Under the pieces are notes generated by a model. The model ran no database searches. It saw only the letters and a list, made by a program, of their open reading frames with translations, and had not been told where the DNA came from. A DNA stretch of 64,000 nt from Mobula hypostoma (Eukaryota): positions 8,432,001 to 8,496,000 of the forward strand of contig NC_086097.1 in assembly GCF_963921235.1 (NCBI RefSeq), given 5' to 3'. Positions within the stretch are counted from its first letter, which is position 1, and each line of letters begins with the position of its first letter. Below are positions 11,697 through 23,080 of the stretch, piece after piece. The position numbers were made by a program, and so were the translations under genes.

Positions 11697-12330
11697 TGGG
11701 GTCTTTCAGGAGCTTGTATTTGGGGATGGTTGAGTCCTAGGCTGGACATCTTGCGCACTTAAGGAAAGTCAAGTGTCTCCCATAGCCTCTCCTTTCCAGG
11801 TGTAGTGATTGTTTGAGGACCACCGTTTGGCTTGTCATGTAGGAGGTCCCTCACATATGTCCTCTCCTACACTAATGTGCTCATAGCAACGCAGTCATGT
11901 GGTGTCGCTCTTCTTACTGTGTTTGTGATGTCATGGCGTGACCGAGTGTCCAGTGGTATAACTGGGCAGGCAGGCTGGGGTCATCAGCCTTGGTTGGCAG
12001 CCAGCCTAGGAGAAAGGCAACTCAATTCCAAACCCAGGTAGATGGGGCTCATTAGCCCTGCCAGGCAGTCGGTCTAGGAGAAGGAAAACTCTGATACCCA
12101 ACCTACAGCCTTTGGTCACCACAGTAGTTGCAGCCCGCTGCACCATTGTGAAATGTCCCCCAGCCTAAACACTGGAATCGGTCCACATGGACCGATCCTC
12201 ACTATAAACCCATGCAGTCCAGGCGGGCAGAAACAAAGTCTTACAGTAATGGAGAAGGGGTGCTTTTACGGTCACCCACAATCATGTCGTCACTCCTAAG
12301 GACTCTTCGTCCCTCCTGATCTTCGCAAGC
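11697..12330 (+). mobile_element. RTE-like non-autonomous element / 5' UTR fragment
   Basis: Two copies of the ggcag..gtctaggagaaggaaaactc motif that I recognise from RTE-clade 5' UTRs; related to 50915-51400. Confidence 0.5.
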
Positions 12331-12359
12331 AAAGAACCAGCCATCACATCATATCACAA

Positions 12360-12490
12360 GCAAGAAAAAATCTGCAGATCGTGGAAGTCTAAGCAACACA
12401 CACAAAATGTTGGAGGAACTCAGCAGGCCAGGCAGTATCTATGGACAAAAGTGCAGTGGACGTTTCCAGCCAAAACCCTTCGGCAGGACA
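12360..12490 (-). mobile_element. Penelope-derived terminal repeat with mutated hammerhead core
   Basis: cacacaaaatgttggaggaactcagcaggccaggcag block; reverse complement reads ctgccga-agggttttggctg-gaaacgtc. Confidence 0.75.
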
Positions 12491-12689
12491 TTTCAAAGCA
12501 AGATTTTGGTAAATGATGTTTGCAATTGATTGTGCCTGTGTAAGTAATCAGATTGTGTTAAACTGCTGCAGGTGTAACAAAACAACATACTTCATGTCAT
12601 ATAAGACTATGATTAATGTACCCGATTCTGATTCTAGTAAACCGGGGGGGGGGGGGGGAGTTCATCATTGTCATGTGCCATGTTGTATG

Positions 12690-13055
12690 ACATCATCATT
12701 ATGTGCCATGTCGTATGACATGGGGGTCCATGGTTACCATGATTGTTCTTGGCAAATTTTTCTACAGAAGTGGTTTGCCATTGCCTTCTTCTGTGCAGTC
12801 TCTTTACAAGATGGGTGACACCAGCCATTATCAATACTCCTCAGAGATTGTTTGCCTGGCATCAGTGGCCGTATAACCAGGACTTGTGATATGCACCAGC
12901 AGCTCATACAACCATCTACCACCTGCTCCCATGGCTTCATATGACCCTGATCGGGGGTTAAGCAGGTGCTGCACCTTACCCAAGGGTGACCTGAAGGCTA
13001 TTGGAGGGAAGGAGTCCCTTAGACCTTCCTTTGGTAGAGATGTATCTCCTCCCTG
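12690..13055 (-). mobile_element. RTE/BovB-tailed SINE-like element
   Basis: Reverse complement ends gaagaaggcaatggcaaaccacttct...(atg)n; homologous to 21866-22230, 27218-27420, 35333-35483, 42810-43150. Confidence 0.7.
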
Positions 13056-13156
13056 CTAAAGCACCCTCCCCCAAAAAAGTCACATATTTAAGAGAGGGTT
13101 GAAATTATATTTCTTCCTCTTGGAGAGTTTTGTAGATTCTTGATATGTAATAGGTT

Positions 13157-14160
13157 GAAAGTTCAAAGGTTCATTTTATTGTCAAAATATGCATGTACAA
13201 TACAATTCTGGTATTTTTCTTCTCCTGATAGCCATGAAATACAGAAAGGTTATACATCAACTATCCCCCACACGAAAAAGGAAAAGAAACAAATGCACAA
13301 ACCGCAAAATCCCCCACCCTCTCCTAACACTAGCAACAAATCTCCACTCTCTCCTGCAGAGAAAAACAAAAGAAAGCCACAGTAACAATTCCCATCCCTC
13401 TCACTCACAGCATTAAAATAGTGACCATAGCAACAAATCCCCAATCCCAGTAGAAAAAGAAACAGCGACAATAGCAATCCCTGACCCCCCCCCCACCGCA
13501 CTGGCTAAAAAGAACAGTGAAAGTAGCTTCAAAATCCCCACCCCTTCCTCATACATAAAGAACTGACAAATCAACCACATGCCAATCGACCACAAGAAAC
13601 AAAATGCAGTAAAACCGATGGATACCGACATAAAGTACAGCCCAGTCATATACATCTAAGAACAACAAACAGTCCTTCCAGGACTCAGAACTCACAGCTG
13701 ATTCGAACCTCTAGTGATCGCTAAACCCCTCCACATTTACCTCAGTGGCCTCCATTGGTTGTGATCACTGACTGTGTCCGAGCACATTGACCCAGTGGCC
13801 TCTGTTGGGAGAGATCGCTGACTCACTGTGCATTCACCTCGATATTTCATTCTTCCTCACTGCTTCCAGATGGAATTATTCATCACTCTGTGTCCTGTCT
13901 CTGGTCTTTCTCATGAGTCAGCTTGTGCTCTCGGTCCTTTTTGGGTCCCTGTCTGTGATCTCCACGAGACAGCTCTCTGCAGAGTGTAAGATCATATGAT
14001 CAAGCTCCAATCTGCACATCACAGGCTTCGACAGTTTCTGTAACACAAACAAGACAAAAAAAAAAGCAGGAAGCAAGAAAAAGTGAAATAATTTAAGAGG
14101 TTTGCTATCTGAAAGATGTCACTTAAGGAAATATACACTGGTGCTAGAGACCAGAAGAAC
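13157..14160 (-). mobile_element. Non-autonomous LINE-tailed element with internal imperfect repeats
   Basis: Tail gacaataaaatgaacctttgaactttca on minus strand; same architecture as 24930-26292. Confidence 0.5.
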
Positions 14161-14199
14161 TATATGGCCTGCATGCGGAAGTTTAGGCTGACATAACAG

Positions 14200-14455
14200 T
14201 ACAGCACCATTGGAATCATGCTGTTGGAAGTGCCATTGTTTTATACAAAGTCAAACAGAGACTTTATCTGCTTGCTGAATGGAAGCAAAGGATCCCATGG
14301 ATTTTTCTTCTTTCAGGAAGCAAAATTATCAACAGTGCACAATACAACTAATCCGTTAACTATTGTGGGAGCTTGCTGGGGATAAATTAGCTGCAGTATT
14401 TCTTCTATTATAAGGGTAACTGCATTCTATGAATTAGTTAATTAACTTTGGGTTA
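14200..14455 (+). mobile_element. Highly decayed Deu-domain SINE (SacSINE1/AmnSINE1-like)
   Basis: Blocks tgttggaagtgcc, aaaggatcccatgg and tgtgggagcttgctg...aaattagctgc in the expected order. Confidence 0.55.
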
Positions 14456-15214
14456 CAGTGGAATGCATACGTTTTATAGTTTGTCGTTTTCTTAATGATG
14501 CGACAGGTCACCTCCTTCCAGCAAAATCTGTGAGCAAGATTGGCTATTCCTCCCACCGTATTCATTCCAGCAAAATGGTTGTGACGTCGACAAATATTTT
14601 TGCCAAAACGTGCCAGTGTGCCAGTTATCCCCGTGTGAGTAACGACAGTCCTGAAGGATGCTTAACACAAGGAAAGCTTTTAGGGAAATGGAGCTTGTTC
14701 ATTCTACAGTCGATAATGCGGTTTTAAAGCTGTGTAGCTGCATGGCGTTGCTTCAAGTGCTAATTTTCTGCTTGAAGTTTAAGGCTGAGCATGAGGAACA
14801 AGAGCAGAACTAGTATTCTTGTAATATTGAGGGAATAAAGGGAAGGAGAAGCTCATAACTTTATGACCATCTCCTAAATGGACCTCCGACCAATAAGTGG
14901 CTGACACTGAGCAGTCAACTCTATTTACTCCTGGTAACTAAGCTGCTTAACTGTATGAGGGTCACCGAGGCACACTTTGAGCGTTAACGAAATCACAGAG
15001 TGTTAGACAATTTAATTAGTGCTTGAACATGGTTATTTGGGTCGGCATGTTGAAATTCACTTTTTTTTTGTTACAGAATACCCAGGGACACTTAGCAATC
15101 GCCCACACCTTTGCAGCACGACATCACAAGTAATATATTTAACAGCGTGGCATGCCGAACCTGAAGGGATGTGCTTATTCTTTCCATAGATGGCCTGTTG
15201 CTATAATATAACAA

Positions 15215-15582
15215 AGACATCTTCAAAAGCTGATATCTCAAAAAGGCAGCATCATCATTAAGGGTCCCCCATCACTCAGGACATGACCTCTTCTCATTGC
15301 TACCATAGGCGAGGATGCACTAGAGGCTGAAAACATGCACTCAGCATTTCAGGAACAACTTCCTCCGCTCCTCCATGAGATTTCTGAATGCACAATGAAC
15401 CATATACTCTACCTCAGTACATTTTCTTTCCTCTCCTTTTGAACTAATTATTTAATTTAATATTCTACAAATGTATTTTCATTGTAATTTATAGTTCTTT
15501 TCATTATTATGCATTGCACTGTACTACTGCCACAAAACAACAAATTTCACTACATATGCCAATGGTATTAAACCTAATTCTG
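15215..15582 (+). mobile_element. Rex1/Babar-type LINE 3' fragment
   Basis: KAASSLR.PHHSGHDLFSLL-like coding remnant; 3' UTR gcactgtactactgccacaaaacaacaaatttcac...attaaacctaattct. Confidence 0.7.
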
Positions 15583-16516
15583 GAGTAGTTTATCTGGCCC
15601 ATCATGCCTGCTTTGCCATTCAATAAGATCATCGGTGATCCTGCCATGGATTCAACTACCAGCTTATTCCCCATAACTCTTAATTCCCCTGTTATGTAAA
15701 AATCTGGCTGTCCTTCCCAGGGCAGAGAATTCCACTGATTCCCTGAAAAAATATTCTTATCATTTCTGTCGTAATCCCATTCTCCTGAACCCTGAGGCCA
15801 TATGCCCTAGTTCTAATGTCACTTACTAGTGGAATTCCTGTTCCTGTTTTTATCGTAATTATTCATTTCATAATGATATATGTTGCTATAAGATTCCCTC
15901 TCATTCACTGAATTCCTGCAAGTTTAGTCTCAGGTGACTCAATCTCCCCTCGTAGGTAACCCTCATCCCCAGAATCAGCCTGCAGGATCTCCTCTGGTCT
16001 GCCTCCAAAGGCAGCGTATCATCCCTCAGGTAAGGAGGCCTGAACTGCACCCAATATCACCAGTACCTTGTACTGATGCAGCGTTGCTTCCCTGCTCTTA
16101 AATTCAGTCCCTTTAGCAATGAAGGCTAATATTCCATTTACCTTCATGATAACTTGTTGCACCCACAAACCAACCTTTTGCAAATCCTGCTCAGGCTCAC
16201 TCTGAACAGCAGCATGTCTCAATCTTTCTCCATTTAAATTTGATCCTCTATTTCTTTTTTCTCCAAAAGTGGATTTAACAATGTTGTACTCACACCATTG
16301 CTCATTTTTTTTACTCTGCAGCCTCTCCACATCGTCTGCACTATTTGCTTTTCCATTCAATTTAGTGTTATCAATAAAATTAAGGATGCTATACTTGGTC
16401 ACCAATGACTGCCGAACAGAGGCACACCCTTTTAACCCAACTGTCTACCAAACCTCTATCCATGCTACCCTCAACTCCAAGCATCCTTACCCCAGGGACA
16501 AACATCCTTATCTCCG

Positions 16517-16880
16517 GGAGAAGAGGTATAGATAGGGTAAATGCAATCAGGCTTTTTCCACTGAGGTTGGGTGGGGCTACAACCAGAGGTCATGGGTTAA
16601 GGATGAAAGGTGAAAAGTTTAAGGGGAACATTAGGGGAAACTTCTTCACTCAGAAGCTTGTGAGAGTGTGGAACAAGCTGCCAGTGCAAGTGGAGCAGTC
16701 CAGCTCGATCTCAACGTTTAAGAGAAGTTTGTATGGGTACATGGATGGAAGGGGTATGGAGTACTATGGTCCTAGTGCAGGTTGATAGGAATAGGCATTT
16801 TAAATGGTTTGGCATGGACTAGTTGGGCTGAAGGGCCTATTTCTGTTCTGTACTTTTCTATAACCCTATGACTCTATACG
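16517..16880 (+). mobile_element. CR1 3' fragment nested in older CR1
   Basis: RGIDRVNAIRLFPL...TRGHGLR...GNFFTQ..VRVWNKLP plus 3' UTR and ctatga tail. Confidence 0.85.
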
Positions 16881-17892
16881 ACTTTTATGTTGCAAGTTAT
16901 CAAACGCCTTCTGGAAATCCAATTATACAACATCCACCTGTTGCCTCGAAACACTGTTCATTCTATCCTCAAAGAACTCCAGTAAGCTTATTAAACAGGA
17001 CCACCTTTCGTGAGTCTATGCTGTGTCTGCCTGATGGAACCATTTCTATCCAGCTGTCTCACTAGTTCTTCTATAATGATAGCCTCAAGCATTTTCCTGA
17101 CTGAGCATATGAGTTAACTGGCCTATAGTTTACCTTGCTTTTACCTACATCTATTTTTTGAGCAGTGATGTGACATTCGCTGTCTTCCAATCCACCAGGA
17201 CCTGCCCAGAGTCCAGAGAATTTTGGTAAATTTTCAAAAACATGTCCATTATAACTTCTGCCTTTTCTTTCAGTATCCTGGGATGTATCCCATCAGGATT
17301 AGATGACTGGACCACCTTTAGGCTCACTGGTTTCTCAATACTATTTCCTCAGTGATCATTGTATCAAGGTTCTCACCTCTAACCACATCCATCACATTTG
17401 TCTTTAGCATGTTAGATGTGTCCTCCACCACGAAGACTGACACAAAATAGTCTGCAACCATTTCCACATTGCCCAATATTAGTTCCCCATTCCCACATTC
17501 CAAGGGAGTACATCTACTTTAGGCATCAATTTCTACTTCAGAAAATTAATAAAGAATTACTATCTGTTTTTATATTTTGTTTTACTTTACTTTCAAAATT
17601 TAACTTCTCTTTCTTTCTTGTTTGCCTTGTCATTTTTGGTTTTTAAAGTTTCCCAATTTTCTAGTTTTCCACTACTCTATGAAACTATGTATGCATGAAC
17701 ATTTATGTTGTTACCTTTTTTATTTTCCTTAGATCTCCAAGGTTACACTCCCCACCCTTATTCCCTTGTTTCTAACTGGAATATTACTTTTTTGAGCACT
17801 ATGAAATATCTCCTTGAAAGTCTTCCACTGTTTCTCCATATATAACCTACTCAAAAAGCTCGAGGAAATTAGTAAGTCAGACACTATCCATG

Positions 17893-20800
17893 TGTAATGC
17901 CCTGGTTAAGATTTCTGCTGCTGTAGGTATTTCATTTTAGCAGTTTTCTGCAAAAGCATTTTGTCCTGCTGGTAGAATGTTTTTGGATTCAGCTACAGAT
18001 AAAAGGCCCTGCTGTGCAACTTAGGAATGTTGTATCAGCCAATCAGGATAGTGATATCTGGAAAAGGTTCTAGAGGGTAGGGTGGAGAGAGTTTTGTTAT
18101 GGACAGTAGTAGGGTTTGGGGTCTTTTGGCAGGAGCTGCGGAGTGGTACAGAAGGGAAGATGCCGCAGCCTGCCATGGGAAGGAGAGTCCCTGCTGTAAG
18201 AAGGGCTTTGTGCAGATGAATGGCTCCAAGGAGGAGGGCTAATAGTCCTGAGAGAGAGAGACAGTTTGTTCAAATTGGTTACACCCAGCTTTGGAAGAGG
18301 TGAGCTCCAACAGTCATATGCACATTTAGACTAGTCTAACTGTAGTGGGTCCTTTTATTTATTTTTCCCTTCATTTTTTTCTTTCTTTTGGTAACAGTTT
18401 GATAAAGCTAAGAGTAGTAAATATACTTTCTTTATAATTTTATGAAGTGTATGATCTGTTATTTCTTGCCAACTGATAATTGTGTATGGGCTGTACTTAT
18501 AAAGCATTTGCTAAAATCGAGATTTTCCTGATGTTCCTGTTTGATTGAACCCCCCAAATCATACCAACCCTAGACATATATTGTTAATGCAATGTGGTCT
18601 TCTCACCGCTGAGTCATGTGGCTGTTAGCAGAAGTAGCTAATGAGCTGAGTTTGTATACAAGCCCAGTGAGAAGGTTTCATTTGTGGTGACCATCACCCG
18701 GGGATTTCTCAGATGCTGTGGGACTGCTGTTTTAGAATTGATTAAGCGGTTTGTGTGTTTAAGCCTAGTAACTAGTATCAGGGAAAGTGACAAAGGAACT
18801 TTATAGTGAACATCACAGGGATTAAGGTTTGGTGCAATTCAAAGAGATTATCCAGAAATAATGCTTATGTTCTGGGTAAGGTGGATATCCAAAACTCTGA
18901 TGAACTGTTACTCAGAGTACTGAATTCTGTAAAAGTGTTCGGGAATGTTACACTGATTGAATGATGTTTTGATCAGTCAGCTGGTAAGGATGTCATGCCA
19001 GTCCAGACTAAAAGTGGCATGACTGAGGTTGTGCTGCCCGATACGTCAAGAGAAGCTGGAGAGGTGGGACCATGGCAGTCCATAATTTTAGAGAGGGTGG
19101 GAAGGTAGCTCAAGATGAAGACTTTAAAGACAAGTTGTTCTCATTTCCGCAAAGTGAGGCAAAAGAGCTGTCTAAGGTGAAAGGTCTAATTGGTCTTTCA
19201 GTGATTGATTTATATTCTGAGCTGGTTTTGGCTGTTACAGCACAGTTTGATAAATGCCAAAATGATTGTAGCCTGGGGGCGTTCTCTGGATTCAAGCGCA
19301 CACCTGATGGGGAGGAAGACCATGAGTCTTGGGCTGAGCAGACATCTCAGTAACTGGATGAATGACAGTGCTCAGATAATATGAAAAAAAAACAGAGACT
19401 GGTAGAGAGTTTAAAGGTCTAGCAGCTGATACAGTGAGATTCCTAAAGGCAGAAAACACATTAGCCATGTTAGCTAATTACTTGCAAGCTCTGGAAGATG
19501 CTTTTGGCATTGCTGAAAATGCAGCTGATCTTAGGATGAAGTTTAGGCACACATTCCAGGAGGAAGGAGAGAAGCTGTCTGCCTACCTTTTCAGGTTGGA
19601 AATCTGCTGCATTGTTTGTGCCACAAAGGGTGCATTCAACTGTCTGAGAGAAACTGCTTGAGGATGGAGCAAGTTGTGTAGGGCATGTTGTCACATGACT
19701 TGATTGCTCTACATATTTGAATGATCCGCAAGATGCGTTCTCCTTCATCTTTTACCAAGTTGCACAGAAGTTAAAGAGGAAGAAAGCATGACTGAGAAGT
19801 GGAACATTTCCAAAAGCCGAGTAGTATCTTCAGTGGTAGCCTCTGTTGCTGAAGTGACCCCTGAGGCTACAGAGATGGAGCTTTTGAGGAAAGAAGTGGA
19901 AAACATTCAAGCTGAGCTGATTTGATGGATGTCAAGTAATGTTTCAGCTGCGGAAAAGGGTCTCCTGACTAGAGAGGTGACTGGAATTTTTTGTTACAAC
20001 TGTGGAGAAGATGAACATTTCAAGTGAGACTGAGAGGGACAGGAATATCTTGGGAAAGTAAGTCTACATTTAATCAAACAGAGAAGAAAAGCAGCAAAAA
20101 TATGGAGGGACACAGTAAAGGAACAAGCTGGCTTCTTGGAGAGGATATGTTCAAATCAGTACATCAAGGGAAATGCTAAAGTGCAAAACACTGCTCCTGA
20201 CAGAGTGTGTCCAGCTGGTAGAATGACCTTAAATTGGCTGAAGATAGGAAGCCCGGCTGTCAACTTAGGAATGTTGCGTCAGCCAATCAGGATGGTGGCA
20301 TCTGGAGAAGGTTCTAATGAAACTGGGGTGGATAGAGTTTTGTGATGAAACTGGTCCGGTTTGGGGATTTTAGCGGGAGCTATAGACTGGGATAGAAGGG
20401 GAGATGCCACAGAATACTGTGGGAAGGAGAGACCCCATTGTAAGAAGCACTTTGTGTAAAATGAATGGCTCCATGGAGGAAGGGCCAATATACCTGAGAG
20501 ACCCAGATTGTTCTAGATGGACTTTGAGGGAAGTTCGGACTGTAGCGGGACCTTTCACGCAGATTGTGTGTTTGGCGCTGTGAATAACGGTTAAAGCCAT
20601 CTTTGGAAGACACAAGCTCCAACGGTCATCTGCACATTTGGACTGGTTTAACTGTAATGGGTTCTTTTATTTATTTTCTCTTCTTTTTTGCAGTCTTTTA
20701 ATAGCTGTTTCGTAAAGCTGAAATTTGTAAACATACTCTCTTTATAATTTTATGTGGTGTACAATCTGTTATTTCTTACCAACCAATACTTGTACATGGG

Positions 20801-20984
20801 CAGTATTTATATAGCATTCACTCAAATTGAGGTTTCTTTAATCTGAACATCACAATATTCCTGTTTGGTTGAACCCCCAAATCATACCGACCTTAGAAAA
20901 ATATTGTTTATGGAAAGTGGCCTTCTCACTGCTGAGTCAGAACGGCTGTTAGCAAAGCTAGCTAAAGAGCTAAAGTTTATGTAC
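17893..20984 (+). mobile_element. Decayed Ty3/Gypsy LTR retrotransposon, gag-only (pol deleted)
   Basis: 5' LTR 17893-18680 (tgtaat...gtttca), degenerate tRNA-Pro-like PBS ~18685-18705, gag, and a homologous partial 3' LTR ~20205-20984. Confidence 0.85.
18806..20118 (+). pseudogene. PNMA-type Gypsy gag pseudogene (capsid + CCHC knuckle)
   Basis: FSGFKRTPDGEEDHESWAEQ, KQRLVESLKG, YLQALEDAFG, FRHTFQEEGEKLSAYLFRLE, and CYNCGEDEHFK*D* at 19992-20033; several stops and frameshifts. Confidence 0.85.
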
Positions 20985-21430
20985 CCTTCTTCAGGACTGG
21001 AAAGGAAAGGGGAAACAAGCCAGAATAAAAAAGGTGGGGAGAGAGGAAATATGATAGCTAGAAGGTGATAGAGGAAACCAGGTGGGCAGGTGGGCTGGAG
21101 AAGAAGGAATCTGATAGGAGAGGACAGTGGACCAGACGAAAATGGGAAGGACAAGAGGATCCAGGGGGAACTGACAGCCAGGTGAGAAGAGGTACGAGGC
21201 CAGAGTGGGGAACAGAAGAAGAGGGAAGGGCAAGGGAAAAATATTTTATTGGAAGGAGAAATCGATATTCATGTCATCAGGTTGGAGGCAAACTAAATGG
21301 TATATAACATGTTGTTCCTTCACCCTAAGAGTGGCTTCATCTTGGCACAAGAGGAGTCCATGGACAGACATGTCAGAATAGGAATGGCAATTAGAATCAA
21401 AATGTTTGGCCATCAGGAAGTTCCATTTTT
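20985..21430 (-). mobile_element. Penelope-like element 3' fragment (GIY-YIG C-terminus + 3' UTR); its terminus lies at 17845-17892
   Basis: MAKHFDSNCHSYSDMSVHGLLLCQDEATLRVKEQHVIYHLVCLQPDDMNIDF matches the PLE endonuclease C-terminal pattern (HF..H..E...I..L....P.G.N). Confidence 0.8.
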
Positions 21431-21865
21431 GTCCTACCATATGTTCATGGTCTAAACTAACCAACTTCTCCTTCATCACTTTGTGGTCTCCCTTATTTTG
21501 GCATAATACACTGTCTTTACATTGCATACTCCATTTGTACCAGGAATTTAACCACACCAAGAGTGATCACTCTTTCCAAGAGGATCCCTAACTAGATCAT
21601 CGTTAAGTTTACCTGTTCCATCCCACAGGACTAGATCTAAGATCTCATTCTCCCTTGTAGGTTCACAGCCATGCTGTTCAAGGAAGCTATCACAAAGGCA
21701 TTCTGTGAAGTCTTCCTGAGGACTGCTTCAATCAACTTGATTCGTTCAATCTATGTGCAAGCTATAGCACCCCTCCCCCATAACCGATGCCATTCCATTC
21801 TTCCATGCATCTGATATTCCTTGTTTTATTGCCCGAGCCTCTGTGACGTTATTATTCAGTGGTCC

Positions 21866-22230
21866 ATGGTAGTGGGATAGAGGTCCATCTCTACCAAAGG
21901 AGGTGTAAAGTGCTCCTTCCCTCTGCTAGTCTGCCGGTTACTCTTGGGCAAGGTGCAGCACCAGCTCAGCTTCCCCCCGGTCATGGTCACATGAAGCCAT
22001 GGGAACAGGTGGTAGATGATCATACAAGCAGCCGGTGCATATCACAAGTCCCGGTTATGTGACCACTGACACGAGGCAGATAATCTCTGAGGAGTATTGA
22101 TAATGGCTGGGGTTACCAGTCTTATAAAGACACCGTTCAGAAGAAGGCAATAGCAAAAATTAGTCAAGAACAATCAAGGTCACCATGATCACCTACGTCA
22201 TACAACACAGCACATAATAATCATGTTGAT
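21866..22230 (+). mobile_element. RTE/BovB-tailed SINE-like element
   Basis: Full-length homolog of 12690-13055 in opposite orientation. Confidence 0.75.
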
Positions 22231-22442
22231 GTTAGAGAACTTCCTCCAGCAATATTTTTTCCCTTTACTGTTCTTAATCTCTACTCAGATGGACTTGACA
22301 TTCTGCTCTTAGTATTGTCAATAATTTCAGTTTTTCTTTCAGATCTTCAGCAGTTTTGCTTTTGGTTAGCATTCTACAGATAACCTTGGGATTTTACATG
22401 TGGCAATTAGCCCACATTGCAAATGATAATTAAAAATTATCA

Positions 22443-23080
22443 TGCAGGGGGAGGAGAAGACGGTGGTGTGACGCAGCACACACGGCTGTTCCGAATAAAT
22501 ATCGATATGTGTAACTAGGGGTGCCGTGCACAATACAGATTTGATGGGGACAGCCTTGAAGTGCAGAGGAACATCTGGTGAAACTTCTGAAATGCCCACT
22601 TCGCTGCCGCTGCTACTGTGCGATCGAGAATCTCCGGAGACGGAGGCCCCAAATCCTCGGCTTTGCGTATCACCTGTTGCCGGGGCCGGGGTCGAAGCGC
22701 TCGGCAGAGATGGTGCTCGGTGTCGGAGAGCTGGTTGGAGGCTCGGAGTTTTCGGACGGACTTGGAGTCGGACTGTGGTCGGATGCTTCCAGGATGCTGC
22801 ATCAGCAAGTTGGCGGTGCTGGAGGTTCACCGTCTGCGTGAGATGATGGGATTTTGAGAGACTCTGAGACTTTTACTGTGCTATGGTCTGTTCTTATCAA
22901 ATTACGGTATTGCTTTGCACTGTTGTAACTATATGTTATAATTATGTGGTTTTTGTTAGTTTTTAAGTCGGTTTGTCATGTGTTTTTGTGATATCATTCT
23001 GGAAAAAACATTTTTATCATTTCTTAATGCATGCATTACTAAATGACAATAAAAGGGGACTGTGTGTCCTTATAATCATA
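22443..23080 (+). mobile_element. CpG-rich non-autonomous LINE-tailed element
   Basis: GC/CpG-rich body, T-rich 3' region ending aaatgacaataaaa...ataatcataa; no recognisable protein. Confidence 0.55.

Larger units (their letters stand above)
15583..21840 (-). mobile_element. Old fragmented CR1 LINE hosting nested insertions
   Basis: RT C-terminal remnants 15583-16400, linker/RT 16890-17840 and APE remnants 21440-21840 are collinear on the minus strand. Confidence 0.7.

Noticed and set aside
14507..14634. Possible exon (acag...gtgagt) inside ORF 14458-14727
   Set aside because: Two frames are open but neither peptide resembles a known protein; the motif content fits a regulatory element better. 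RNA-seq would be needed.
18806..20118. Host PNMA-family gene
   Set aside because: Flanked by LTRs and disrupted by several stops and frameshifts.
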